Translations under genes and position numbers: made by a program
DNA from: Vicinamibacterales bacterium
GTDB lineage: Bacteria; Acidobacteriota; Vicinamibacteria; Vicinamibacterales; UBA8438
Direction: 5' to 3'
Length of the DNA stretch: 64,000 bases
Assembly: GCA_965222265.1 (NCBI GenBank)
Contig: CBDCTP010000003.1
Location: forward strand, 1,222,280 to 1,286,279
Shown: positions 1-8,506 of the stretch, piece by piece
Layout of the letters: the number at the start of each line of letters is the position of its first letter
Position numbering within the stretch: position 1 is the first letter of the stretch
Notes under the pieces: model-generated
What the model saw: the letters and a program-made list of their open reading frames with translations, nothing else
What the model was told of the DNA's origin: nothing
Databases searched by the model: none

Positions 1-425
1 TGCCGGGCGTACGGACGCTGCTCGCCCGGCTGGGCGCCCGGACCGACGTGGCCAGCGCGCTGCTGACCGGCAACGTCGCACGGGCGGCGCGGATCAAGCT
101 GGAGCACTTCGACCTCTGGAGCTACTTCGCCTGCGGCGCCTACGGCGACGACGCGCCGAGCCGGGACGAGCTGGTGCCGATTGCGGTCGACCGGGCCCGG
201 CGGCAGGGAATCGACGTACCGTCGGCCGCGCAGGTCGTGGTCGTCGGCGACACACCGCTCGACATCCGCTGCGCGCGGCGGTCGGGCGCGAGGTCGGTGG
301 CGGTGGCGACCGGCCCGTTCGACGAGGCCGCGCTCAGGCGGCACGGCGCGGACAGCGTGCTGCCGGATCTCGCGGACACGGGCGCGTTCATGGATCTCCT
401 TCAAGAGGGGCGCAGCCCGGTCTGA
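1..425 (+). CDS. HAD-superfamily hydrolase (phosphoglycolate-phosphatase-like), 5' end outside the window
   Basis: The frame is open to the window start (..PGVRTLLARL..LLTGN..). VVVGDTPLDIRCARRSGARSVAVATG matches the HAD C-terminal motif. The last codons and the TGA stop lie in a partial repeat copy. Confidence 0.7.
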   Translation, partial: PGVRTLLARLGARTDVASALLTGNVARAARIKLEHFDLWSYFACGAYGDDAPSRDELVPIAVDRARRQGIDVPSAAQVVVVGDTPLDIRCARRSGARSVAVATGPFDEAALRRHGADSVLPDLADTGAFMDLLQEGRSPV

Positions 426-432
426 TTCAGCG
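408..432 (+). repeat. Partial copy (third hairpin plus tail) of the three-hairpin repeat
   Basis: GGGGCGCAGCCCGGTCTGATTCAGC matches the 3' end of the repeat consensus (CGGGGCGCAGCCCCGTCTGATTGAAGC). Confidence 0.5.
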
Positions 433-458
433 CCGCGGCAGTGCTTCACCGCGGCGCA

Positions 459-550
459 AGGCGCGCACCGCGCGCCTCGGCGGGAGCGGCGCGGGGCGCA
501 GGGGACCCCGCAAGCGGACGCCGGGGGTTCGGGGCGCAGCCCCGTCTGAT
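459..550 (+). repeat. Three-hairpin repeat, copy 1
   Basis: AGGCGCGCACCGCGCGCCTCGGCGGGAGCGGCGCGGGGCGCAGGGGACCCCGCAAGCGGACGCCGGGGGTTCGGGGCGCAGCCCCGTCTGAT. Near-identical to the copies at 11991, 13709, 13806, 18306 and 52504. Confidence 0.85.
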
Positions 551-564
551 GGAGGATTGGTATC

Positions 565-1560
565 GTGGATCGATTCAGGGCGTATCGGGTATTCCAGGAC
601 GGAGACACGGTTCAGGGCCGTCTCGTCGAGGCCGGTCTGCAGGACCTCGCCGACGGGGACGTGGTCGTGCGGGTGGCGTACTCGGGCGTGAACTACAAGG
701 ACGCCCTGGCTGCCACGGGCGCGGGCAGGATCATGCGCCGGTTTCCGCTCGTGGGCGGCGTCGATCTGTCCGGCACCGTCGAGACGAGCGGCGATCCGCG
801 CTTCGCGCCCGGCGACGAGGTCCTGGCGACGGGCTTTGGATTGGGCGAGAGCCACGACGGCGGATTCGCGGAGTACGCCCGCGTGCCGGGCGACTGGGTC
901 GTCCGCCTGCCGCGCGGACTCGACCTGCTCGAGGTGATGGCGATCGGGACCGCCGGGTTCACGGCCGCCCTGAGCGTCGTCGAGATGGAACGGAACGGGT
1001 TGACCCCCGCCAGCGGCGCGGTCATCGTGACCGGGGCGACCGGCGGCGTGGGAAGCCTGGCGGTGCAGTGCCTCGCCGCTGCCGGCTACCGGGTCACGGC
1101 GTCGACCCGCAAGGCGGACGCGCACGAGTTCCTGCGGTCGCTGGGAGCCGCGGATGTCGTCTCGGCCGAGGCGCCGGACGCGGCGGCGGCACGGCCCCTC
1201 GAGAAGGCCGCGTGGGCGGGGGCCGTCGACCCGGTCGGCGGCGACACGCTGGCCTGGCTCACGCGGACGATGCAGCGCGGCGGCTGCATCGCCAGCTCGG
1301 GGCTGACCGGCGGTATGCAGCTGCGGACGACGGTCATGCCGTTCATCCTGCGGGGGGTCAAGCTCCTCGGCATCGATTCCTCGCTGTGCCCGATGGACCT
1401 GCGACAGGAAGCGTGGCGGCGTCTGGCCGCCGACATGAGACCGGCGCACCTCGAGGCCATGACGCACGCGACAACGCTGGAGGAGCTGCCGGCCGCGTTC
1501 GACACCCTGCTGCGGGGCGCGGCGCGCGGCCGCTACGTCGTGAAGATCGGCGGCGTCTAG
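565..1560 (+). CDS. acuI: YhdH/AcuI-family NADPH-dependent quinone oxidoreductase (acrylyl-CoA reductase-like)
   Basis: 331-aa ORF with a GTG start preceded by GGAGG. VRVAYSGVNYKDALA..GRIMRRFPLVGGVDLSGTV resembles the E. coli YhdH N-terminus, and GATGGVGS is the NAD(P)-binding motif. Confidence 0.8.
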   Translation: MDRFRAYRVFQDGDTVQGRLVEAGLQDLADGDVVVRVAYSGVNYKDALAATGAGRIMRRFPLVGGVDLSGTVETSGDPRFAPGDEVLATGFGLGESHDGGFAEYARVPGDWVVRLPRGLDLLEVMAIGTAGFTAALSVVEMERNGLTPASGAVIVTGATGGVGSLAVQCLAAAGYRVTASTRKADAHEFLRSLGAADVVSAEAPDAAAARPLEKAAWAGAVDPVGGDTLAWLTRTMQRGGCIASSGLTGGMQLRTTVMPFILRGVKLLGIDSSLCPMDLRQEAWRRLAADMRPAHLEAMTHATTLEELPAAFDTLLRGAARGRYVVKIGGV

Positions 1561-1669
1561 CCCCCCAGCACGCCCTCGTCGTCGACCCGTATCGCCAGCT
1601 TGTGCCGGCAGTCGGTGCATACCCAGACGATCGAGTCGACAAGTCCGGCGCGGGACGGAGTCGGCGCGC

Positions 1670-1766
1670 TGGCGGAAGCGCCTGGGAGTCGAACCCAGCC
1701 CCCCCGCGTTGGCGGGGAGCGACCGATTTTGAAGACCGGGAGGGCCACCGGGCCCCGTTCGCTTCC
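1670..1766 (-). tRNA. selC: tRNA-Sec (anticodon UCA)
   Basis: The reverse complement reads GGAAGCGAAC-GGGGCC-CGGT-GGCCCT..CGGT-CTTCAAA-ATCGG..CCCCGCCAACGCGGGG..CTGGGTTCGACTCCCAG-GCGCTTCC-G-CCA. It has a 6-bp D stem with a 4-nt loop, a TCA anticodon, a long variable arm, a T-loop and an encoded CCA, for ~97 nt in total. Confidence 0.85.
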
Positions 1767-1856
1767 GGACGACAGAGAGCTAGCGCGAACCGGGACAAAC
1801 CGAGAATGGGAAGGGCGGCTGCTCAATTGTCTACCGCCGGAGGACGAGACGCCGAT

Positions 1857-2063
1857 CTAGCTTTCGATGAGACGAACGTCGCCCGCGCGGGGTCCCTTCT
1901 GCGATTCCTCGGGCGTGAAATCCACCCGCTGCCCCTCACGCAGGAGCTCGAACACGGCGCCCCGAACCGCGCTACGGTGGAAGAAGTGCTCGATTCCGCC
2001 CTCGTCTCGAATGAACCCGAACCCCTTGTCAATCAGAAGACGCGCGATCGTGCCGGTTGGCAT
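1857..2063 (-). CDS. cspA: Cold-shock protein (CspA family)
   Basis: MPTGTIARLLIDKGFGFIRDEGG..FFH carries the RNP1/RNP2-like KGFGFI and FFH motifs. It is 68 aa, the internal ATG of the longer listed ORF. Confidence 0.9.
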   Translation of the reverse strand: MPTGTIARLLIDKGFGFIRDEGGIEHFFHRSAVRGAVFELLREGQRVDFTPEESQKGPRAGDVRLIES

Positions 2064-2281
2064 ACCGTACCTCCGAAGGCCTGTAACTCGTCGAACACAC
2101 TCCAGGCCACGGTGCTTTGAGCTGTGGAGCGCACTCTCCAGGCGGCGGCTGCTACCGGCCAAGCCTGCCCAGCACGGCACCATCTGACTGCACCGGATGC
2201 GCGGAGCTTTGCCTCCAGTCGGCCCGAAGGTGGCCAGTCTAGTGAGGTCCATGCGAGAAGTCAAGCGCGTAATCGCGGTCG

Positions 2282-2464
2282 TCAGGCGGGCGGCGAGGCC
2301 GGCTTCGGCGGCTTGGGAGGCGGGTAGGTCGTCCAGAAATGCCGCCCGCACGTCGGGCACTCCCAGAACTGCTGGGGAGGCCACGGCGCCCCGGGGCCCG
2401 GGTCCTTCAGCTCCATTTGTGCGCCGCACCGCTGGCAGCGAATCTGAATCGCGACATCACTCAT
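2282..2464 (-). CDS. Small zinc-ribbon protein with a Pro-rich tail (hypothetical)
   Basis: MSDVAIQIRCQRCGAQ..WECPTCGRHFW has two CxxC pairs. The start was chosen at the internal ATG because the longer start would abut the divergent gene at 2509. Confidence 0.5.
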   Translation of the reverse strand: MSDVAIQIRCQRCGAQMELKDPGPGAPWPPQQFWECPTCGRHFWTTYPPPKPPKPASPPA

Positions 2465-2508
2465 GGGCGGGATTCTATCATTGTGGCACGACGCAACGAG
2501 GCGCATGG

Positions 2509-3165
2509 ATGGGGACCATCGTTCCAGGTATCGTTCTGGCCGCCGGACGGTCGCGCCGCATGGGCCGCGCGAAGGCGCTGCTGCCGATCGGCACGCGGGG
2601 CGAGACGTTCGTCGGCCGCATCATCCGGACGCTGCGCGAGGGCGGCGTCGACGACGTCGTCGTCGTCGTGGGCGAGGGGTCGCGGGCCGCGCGGGCGCTC
2701 CTGCGGGAACACCAGCCGCACCGCGTCGCCATCAACCGCTCCCCGGAACAGGGGCAGTTGTCGTCGCTCAAGGCCGGGCTGCAGGCGATAGATCGGCGCG
2801 GGGTCGGCGGCATGCTGGTGACGCTCGTCGACGTGCCGCTCGTGTCGGCAGACACGGTGCGGGCGCTGCTGGCCGCCCACGACGCCACGCGGGCTCCGGT
2901 CGTCCGTCCCGTGCGCGGCGGGCGCCATGGGCATCCGGTCGTCTTCGACCGGTCGGTCTTCGACGAGCTCAGGCGCGCCACGGTCAGCGCGAAGGAGATC
3001 GTGACGGCGCACCTGCGCGCATCGATCGAGATTCCGATCGCGGAGGATGGACCGTTCCGCGACATCGACACCCCGGCAGACTACGAGGAGGTGTTCGGGC
3101 GGCCGCCGCCGGACGTCGCGGACTTCGCCGGGGAGGCCGTTGATCGCCCGCCGCGCAAGGCATAG
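2509..3165 (+). CDS. MobA-like NTP transferase (molybdenum cofactor cytidylyl/guanylyl-transferase family)
   Basis: MGTIVPGIVLAAGRSRRMGRAKALLP is the typical LAAGxSxRMG N-terminus of the MocA/MobA family. The start is the internal ATG of the listed ORF. Confidence 0.75.
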   Translation: MGTIVPGIVLAAGRSRRMGRAKALLPIGTRGETFVGRIIRTLREGGVDDVVVVVGEGSRAARALLREHQPHRVAINRSPEQGQLSSLKAGLQAIDRRGVGGMLVTLVDVPLVSADTVRALLAAHDATRAPVVRPVRGGRHGHPVVFDRSVFDELRRATVSAKEIVTAHLRASIEIPIAEDGPFRDIDTPADYEEVFGRPPPDVADFAGEAVDRPPRKA

Positions 3166-3185
3166 AATGATTCGACACACGCCGT

Positions 3186-3261
3186 GGGCCAGTGGCGCAG
3201 TTGGGAGCGCGCGTGAATGGCATTCACGAGGTCACGGGTTCGACCCCCGTCTGGTCCACCA
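3186..3261 (+). tRNA. tRNA-Ala (anticodon GGC)
   Basis: GGGCCAGTGGCGCAGTTGGGAGCGCGCGTGAATGGCATTCACGAGGTCACGGGTTCGACCCCCGTCTGGTCCACCA. It has the G3:U70 identity pair, an anticodon loop AT-GGC-AT, a T-loop GGTTCGA and an encoded CCA. Confidence 0.9.
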
Positions 3262-3409
3262 CTCCACCCGCCGTGCTCGGTCTCGGCGTCCTGATAGCGG
3301 TGCCGAGCCGCTCGACCGGTGCCCCGCCTCGCCGCGACGAGATCCTCGCCACGAACGCGCTCCTGACGAGGCGTCATTGGACGCCGACATGAGGGGAGGG
3401 GAAGGGCTC

Positions 3410-3910
3410 ATGGCGCAAGTTCTCGGTTCGGTGTCGGCGGCCCTGGTCGTGCGCCGGGTGCTGGCGTGCGTGCTCGTGGCCGCGGCGGGGATGGCGCTGC
3501 CGCCGGCGACTGCCGCGCAGCAGGAAGAGGTGCAGCACGGCGTTTCGCCGCTCGTCCTGCAGTGGGAGACGGCCGACTGGGGGCCGCCCTCCAACCGCCC
3601 GGGCTTCCCGGCCGGCCTGCGCAACGCGCCCATCGCCACGGATCCCGAGACGGGCGGTCCCACCTACCTGGCGCGGTTCCCGGCCGGGTCCGAGTTCGCC
3701 ATGCACTGGCATACCTACACCGAGACGGTGGTGGTACTCGAGGGCGCGTTGGACATCGTCATGGACGGCGTGCGCTACACGGCCTCCGCGGGCAGCTACG
3801 TCATCATCCCGGGCAAGGTGCACCACGCATGGCACACGCACGCGGACGCCGACGCGGTGCTGCTCGGGCGCCGGGACGGCCCGGCCGATTTCCACTTCGC
3901 CGATCCGTAG
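3410..3910 (+). CDS. Secreted cupin-domain protein
   Basis: ATG preceded by GGAGGGGAAGGG. It has a signal-like N-terminus (..VLVAAAGMALPPATAAQ) and the cupin motifs FAMHWHTYTETVVVLEG..G and GSYVIIPGKVHHAW. Confidence 0.7.
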   Translation: MAQVLGSVSAALVVRRVLACVLVAAAGMALPPATAAQQEEVQHGVSPLVLQWETADWGPPSNRPGFPAGLRNAPIATDPETGGPTYLARFPAGSEFAMHWHTYTETVVVLEGALDIVMDGVRYTASAGSYVIIPGKVHHAWHTHADADAVLLGRRDGPADFHFADP

Positions 3911-3929
3911 CCCGGCGCGGCGCCCGCGT

Positions 3930-4988
3930 TCAGTATTCCTGGAACATCCGCTGGATCTCGGCCTGCTCGCGCGTACGCGTGAGCGCGAGCATCAGCAGGA
4001 TGCGCGCCTTGACGGGCGACAGGTCCTCGCCCATGACCCGCCGGGGCGGGGCGGGCAGGTGTGGCTTGCGCGTCCGCCTGGCGGGCTGCGGGACGACCCG
4101 CCCGCCGCCCGTGCGGCTGGCGACCACGACCGTTACGCCGCGCCGCAGCACGAGCCCCGTCGCCTCCAGTTGCGACGGGCTCATCGAGCCGGCGCCGCTG
4201 GCCGCCACGACCACCCCGGCCGCCCCACGGGCGGCCGCCGCCAGGATCAGGTCGCCCGGCGCTCCCTGGTAGGCGAGCAGGACGTCGACGCGCGGGAGGA
4301 AGCCCATGGCCGAGACGTCGAACTCGCTCCGCCACGTGTGGCGGCGGTCGGTCCGGCCGTAGTAGACGACCCGGTCGTGGCCGACGACGCCGAGGCGCCC
4401 GTACTCCCGGCTCCCGAACGCGTCCAGCCCCTGGGCGCTCGCTTTCGTGACGTCGCGCGCCGAGTGGATCTCGGCGTTGAGCACGACCAGCACCCCGCGT
4501 CCCAGCGACGCGGGCGCCGCGGCCGCGCGGAACGCGTGCAGCAGGTTGGCGCCGCCGTCGTAGCCGAGCGCGCCGGGCGGGCGCATCGCCCCGACGACGA
4601 CCACGGGCCGGGTGTGGCGCACCGTCAAATGCAGGAAGTACGCCACCTCCTCCAGCGTGTCGGTGCCGCTGGTCACCACGATGCCCGACAGCGCGGGTCG
4701 TTCGTCGAGGAGCCGATTGACCCGCCGCGCCAGCGCCAGCCAGGCGGTCACGGTGAGTTCGCTGCTGGGTAGGTTCGAGAACTGCTCGGTCTCGGCCCGC
4801 ACGTGCCTGTCGAGCGCAGGCACCAGCGCCACCAGCTCCTCGGCGGTCAGCCGGCCGGCCGGGCGGCTGGAGATCGTGCCGCCCGTTGCGATGAGCCGAA
4901 CCGCCGGCAGCTCGACGGGCTGGGCCGCCTCGACCGCCAGCGGAAGCAGCACGAGGCAGAGAAGCAGCGCGATCCGCGGCGTTCGCAT
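3930..4988 (-). CDS. ansB: Periplasmic L-asparaginase (type II)
   Basis: Signal peptide, then IATGGTISS (the catalytic TGGTI motif) and VVTSGTDTLEE (HGTDT-like). Confidence 0.85.
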   Translation of the reverse strand: MRTPRIALLLCLVLLPLAVEAAQPVELPAVRLIATGGTISSRPAGRLTAEELVALVPALDRHVRAETEQFSNLPSSELTVTAWLALARRVNRLLDERPALSGIVVTSGTDTLEEVAYFLHLTVRHTRPVVVVGAMRPPGALGYDGGANLLHAFRAAAAPASLGRGVLVVLNAEIHSARDVTKASAQGLDAFGSREYGRLGVVGHDRVVYYGRTDRRHTWRSEFDVSAMGFLPRVDVLLAYQGAPGDLILAAAARGAAGVVVAASGAGSMSPSQLEATGLVLRRGVTVVVASRTGGGRVVPQPARRTRKPHLPAPPRRVMGEDLSPVKARILLMLALTRTREQAEIQRMFQEY

Positions 4989-5015
4989 GGCTCGGAACCG
5001 GGAAAAGCCAGCCTA

Positions 5016-5219
5016 CTATACCGCGCGATGTGCGCGGGTGAGCCAGTCGACGAGCTGCTGCGCCGCCTCGTCGGGGGTGCGGCCGTAGAACGGCATGAGC
5101 GCGGTCGGTCCGCCGCTCATGAGCACGAGATAGGCACGCCAGCGGTCGGGTCGGACGGCCAGCACCTCGATCTCGTAGTCTTGACCGTTGATGGTTTCTG
5201 CGAAGCGGCGTGTCGTCAC
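5016..5219 (-). CDS. Small hypothetical protein (paralog of 11778-11990)
   Basis: 67 aa. YEIEVLAVRPDRWRAYLV..GRTPDEAAQQLVDWL shares a beta-strands-then-helix pattern with the ORF at 11778-11990 and loosely resembles HicB/UPF0150-type folds. Confidence 0.5.
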   Translation of the reverse strand: MTTRRFAETINGQDYEIEVLAVRPDRWRAYLVLMSGGPTALMPFYGRTPDEAAQQLVDWLTRAHRAV

Positions 5220-5455
5220 GGGGTCGTGCGGCGTCCTGGAAACGAGTCTTGCGGTCCGGTCGGCAACCAGGAAATTCTAGCGGCCCGAGATCGGCCGTCA
5301 AGCGAAGCAAGGCGCGAAGATCGCGTCAACAGTCGGCAGCGCCGACGATCGCCTCGTGCTACTGGCGCCAAGATGATTGCGGTGCACAGTTCCGCACACG
5401 TCATCCACAGTTTTTCAACAACTTTTGCACACGCGGGCGCGCGCTCACCACGTGC

Positions 5456-5484
5456 TTGACGCCGGTCGGCGGCGCCACTACGCT
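5456..5484 (+). promoter_or_regulatory. Candidate sigma-70-type promoter upstream of addB
   Basis: TTGACG (5456-5461), a 17-nt spacer, then TACGCT (5479-5484). It sits about 50 nt upstream of the proposed addB start and is preceded by an unusually AT-rich patch. Confidence 0.3.
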
Positions 5485-5536
5485 GGCAATCGGTGCGCGC
5501 ACGCGCGCGGTTTCACCACGGGCCGCCGGCACTCCA

Positions 5537-8506
5537 TTGATCACACCCCGCCGCACACGCCTGCACCGGACTGCCGGTTTCCAGGGTTTTCAGGAGGCCA
5601 TCGCCGCCCTGACTCGTACGGGCGATCCGTGGCGGGCGCGGAACACCGCGGTCCTGGTGCCGACGCGGGGCGCCGCCGCCCAACTGCGGCGAACGCTGGA
5701 GGAGTTGACGCTCCTGCGCGAGCCGTGCGCGCCGGTGCTGGTGTTCCCGGCGGTGCTGTCGCGGGCCGACTGGTACGCGGCGCTGGCGGAGCGGCTCGTC
5801 CGGCCCCCCGCGCTGCTGTCGAAGATCGAGCGGTACGTCTGCATGCTCGCGGCGGCGCGGGAGGCGGGTGCGCGCGGCGCCGCGCCGCCGTTCAATCTGC
5901 GGCCGGGTCTCGTGCCCGCCATCGTGGGCTTCTACGACGACCTGCTGCGCCAGCAGGGCACCGTCGACAGCTTCGAGCGCCTCGTCGTCGCCGATCTCGA
6001 GCCCAGCGCCGAGCTCGATCGCGGGGCGCGCCGGCTGCTGCGGCAGACGCGCTTTCTCGCCGCCACGTTTCGCGCGTTCCAGGAGCGCATGGCCCGGACC
6101 GGTCGGCTGGACGAGCACGGCCTGCGCCGCCGAGCCGTCGACGAGGGTCTCGCCCGGCCGCTGGTCCATGTCGTCGCCGCCGTTGCCGACCACGCGGCCG
6201 ACCCGGACGGGCTGTGGCCGGCCGACTTCGACCTGCTGGCGCGTCTCCCCGCGCTGGAGCGGATCGACGTCGTGGCCACGGAGGCGGTGCTGGGCGCCGG
6301 CTTCCACGAGCGCCTGACCGATTTCCTGCCGGGCATCGACGAGGAGCGGTTCGAGAGTGCCCCCGAGCAGGTACCGGTGCTGGTCGCCCCCGCCGACGCC
6401 GCCGAGTCCCATTTCGTCTGGCGCGATCGGGAGGAGGAGCTGCTCGGGGCCGTCCGTCGGCTGAAGTCCCGGAGCGGCCGCACGGGCGCTGCCCGGCCGG
6501 AGGGCGCCGCGGTCGACGGCACCGAGGCGGTCGTGTTCCAGCGGCCCCTGCCGTATCTCTACCTGGCGCGTCAGTCGTTCGCCCAGGCCGGCGTTCCGTT
6601 CGAGACGCGCGATGCGCTGCCCCTGGCGGCCGAGCCGTGCGCGGCCGCGCTCGATCTGGTCGTCGAGTTCGTGACGTCGGACTACGGCCGGTCCGCCACC
6701 GTCGAGCTGCTGCGCTCGCCGCACTTCGCGTTCGAGGACGATGGTCACCCGCTGGCCGCCGCCGCGGTCGACGCGCTGGAGCGCGCCCTGCACGAGGCCC
6801 GCTACGCCGGGGGGCTGGCCGCGCTGGAACGGCTGGCGGTAGCGTGGGCCGGCGCGGACGGGGCGCACGCCGCGGGGCATCGCGAGCGGCAGGCCGCCGG
6901 CGCCGCGCGCGTGGCGGCGCGGCTGGCCAGGGAGCTGCGGCCGCTCGAGAGGCCCGGCCCGCCCGCGGCGCAGCTCGGGGTCGTGGCGTCGTTCCTCGAG
7001 CGCCACCGGTCGAGTGGTGCGGCGCCTGCCGCGGCTCGCGAGCGCGAGTCGCGGGCCCGAGCTGCGATCGGCGGCGGGTTGGCCGCCCTGGAGCGGGCCT
7101 ACCGCGCCATCGACGACACGCCGACCGCGTTCGCCGAGCTGGTGCACTCCGTGCGGCGCTGGATCGAGACGCAGACGTTCACCCCGGCCGCCGGCGCCGC
7201 CGGCGTCCAGCTGATCGACGCGCGCGTCGCCCCGTACGGACGGTTCCGGGAGCTCTTCCTCGTCGGCCTGGTCGACGGCGAGTGGCCCGCGCGGCCGGCG
7301 CGGTCCGTCTTCTATCCGGCGTCGGTGCTCGCGGGACTCGGCTGGTGGGCCGAGCGCGACCGCTTCCGGGCCGCGCGGGCGCGGTTCACGGATCTCGTGC
7401 GCCTGGCCCGCGAGCGCGTGTCGCTGTCGGCGTTCGCACTCGAGGACGACGCGGTGGTCGCGCCCTCGGTGCTCCTCGAGCAGCTCGCGAGCCTGGAGCT
7501 TGCCACGCAGCGGGCGCCTGTGCCGCGGCAGCCGTGCGTGACGCCGGAAGAGGCCCTGCTCCATGGGGCCGTCGCGCCTGCCGAGCTGCCCGATCCGGCC
7601 GGATCCTGGCTCGCCCTGCGGCAGCGGCGGCCAGCGCGGGACGAACGCTTTCGCGGCCTGGCCGGGGCGAGCCACGCGGCGACGTACGCCGTCAGCGCCC
7701 TCGAGCGGTACCTCGCCTGTCCGTTCCGGTACTTCGCCGGCCACGAGCTCGAGCTGGGGGAGGAGGCGACCGACGAGCCGGTGCTCGCGCCCCGGCAGCG
7801 CGGCCGCTTTCTGCATCGTGTGCTGGAGACTTTCTACTCGGGCTGGCAGGCGGCCGGCCGGAGGGCCATCACGCCGGCCAATCTGGACGAGGCGCTCGAC
7901 CGCTTCGGCGCGCTCGTCGATGCGGCGCTGGGCGACCTGCCGCCGGTCGACCGCGCCGTCGCCCGCACCTGGCTGAACGGATCGGCCGCGGCGCCCGGCC
8001 TGGCGGAGCAGCTGTTTCAGCTCGAGATCGGCCGGCCGGTGGACATCGTGGAGCGGCTCGTCGAGGTGCGCCTCGATCGCACCTATCCCGTGCACGATCA
8101 GGGTCCCGGCCGGACGGTGCGGGTCCGAGGTACCGCCGACCGCATCGACCTGTTGTCGGACGGCACGTTCCGCATCGTCGACTACAAGACGGATCGGGCG
8201 CCGCGCCGGGACCGGGCGCTGCAGCTCCCGGTCTACGCCCGCTGCGCCGAGCAGAGGCTGGACGGATACCGGCACCGCGCCTGGCGCGCCGGGGACGCGG
8301 CGTACGTCGCGTTCGGAGAGCCTCGCCTGCACGTGCCGCTGGCGCGGGGCGATCTCGACCGGGCGCTGTCCGCGGGCGAGGCCCGCGCCGTCGGCGCGCT
8401 GGAGCTGATCGGGCGCGGAACGTATCCCGCGCGCCCGGCGGAGCGGCAGCTCTGCACCCACTGCCCGTACCCCACGGTCTGCCGGAAGGACTACGTCGGC
8501 GAATGA
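5537..8506 (+). CDS. addB: AddB-type helicase-nuclease subunit (PD-(D/E)XK nuclease with Fe-S cluster cysteines)
   Basis: C-terminal nuclease motif GTADRIDLL..FRIVDYKT..QLPVYA. Cysteines are at ERYLACPFRYF and CTHCPYPTVC. The stop overlaps the addA start (ATGA). The 5' end is uncertain; TTG at 5537 is the first plausible in-frame start after the promoter candidate. Confidence 0.8.
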   Translation: MITPRRTRLHRTAGFQGFQEAIAALTRTGDPWRARNTAVLVPTRGAAAQLRRTLEELTLLREPCAPVLVFPAVLSRADWYAALAERLVRPPALLSKIERYVCMLAAAREAGARGAAPPFNLRPGLVPAIVGFYDDLLRQQGTVDSFERLVVADLEPSAELDRGARRLLRQTRFLAATFRAFQERMARTGRLDEHGLRRRAVDEGLARPLVHVVAAVADHAADPDGLWPADFDLLARLPALERIDVVATEAVLGAGFHERLTDFLPGIDEERFESAPEQVPVLVAPADAAESHFVWRDREEELLGAVRRLKSRSGRTGAARPEGAAVDGTEAVVFQRPLPYLYLARQSFAQAGVPFETRDALPLAAEPCAAALDLVVEFVTSDYGRSATVELLRSPHFAFEDDGHPLAAAAVDALERALHEARYAGGLAALERLAVAWAGADGAHAAGHRERQAAGAARVAARLARELRPLERPGPPAAQLGVVASFLERHRSSGAAPAAARERESRARAAIGGGLAALERAYRAIDDTPTAFAELVHSVRRWIETQTFTPAAGAAGVQLIDARVAPYGRFRELFLVGLVDGEWPARPARSVFYPASVLAGLGWWAERDRFRAARARFTDLVRLARERVSLSAFALEDDAVVAPSVLLEQLASLELATQRAPVPRQPCVTPEEALLHGAVAPAELPDPAGSWLALRQRRPARDERFRGLAGASHAATYAVSALERYLACPFRYFAGHELELGEEATDEPVLAPRQRGRFLHRVLETFYSGWQAAGRRAITPANLDEALDRFGALVDAALGDLPPVDRAVARTWLNGSAAAPGLAEQLFQLEIGRPVDIVERLVEVRLDRTYPVHDQGPGRTVRVRGTADRIDLLSDGTFRIVDYKTDRAPRRDRALQLPVYARCAEQRLDGYRHRAWRAGDAAYVAFGEPRLHVPLARGDLDRALSAGEARAVGALELIGRGTYPARPAERQLCTHCPYPTVCRKDYVGE

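Noticed and set aside
2064-2281. Long 5' UTR / cold-box thermosensor upstream of cspA
   Set aside because: The ~220-nt gap is compatible with a long csp leader. I could not identify a conserved cold-box sequence or a structure by eye.
1600-3300. tRNA-Sec, tRNA-Ala and (at 61918) tRNA-Val as integration sites for genomic islands or prophages
   Set aside because: There is no integrase, no tRNA 3'-end direct repeat and no phage gene next to any of the three tRNAs. The neighbours are ordinary chromosomal genes.
5390-5440. LexA/SOS box upstream of addB
   Set aside because: I found no palindrome matching any LexA consensus I know (CTGT-N8-ACAG, GAAC-N4-GTTC, GTTC-N7-GTTC). Only a direct repeat is present.
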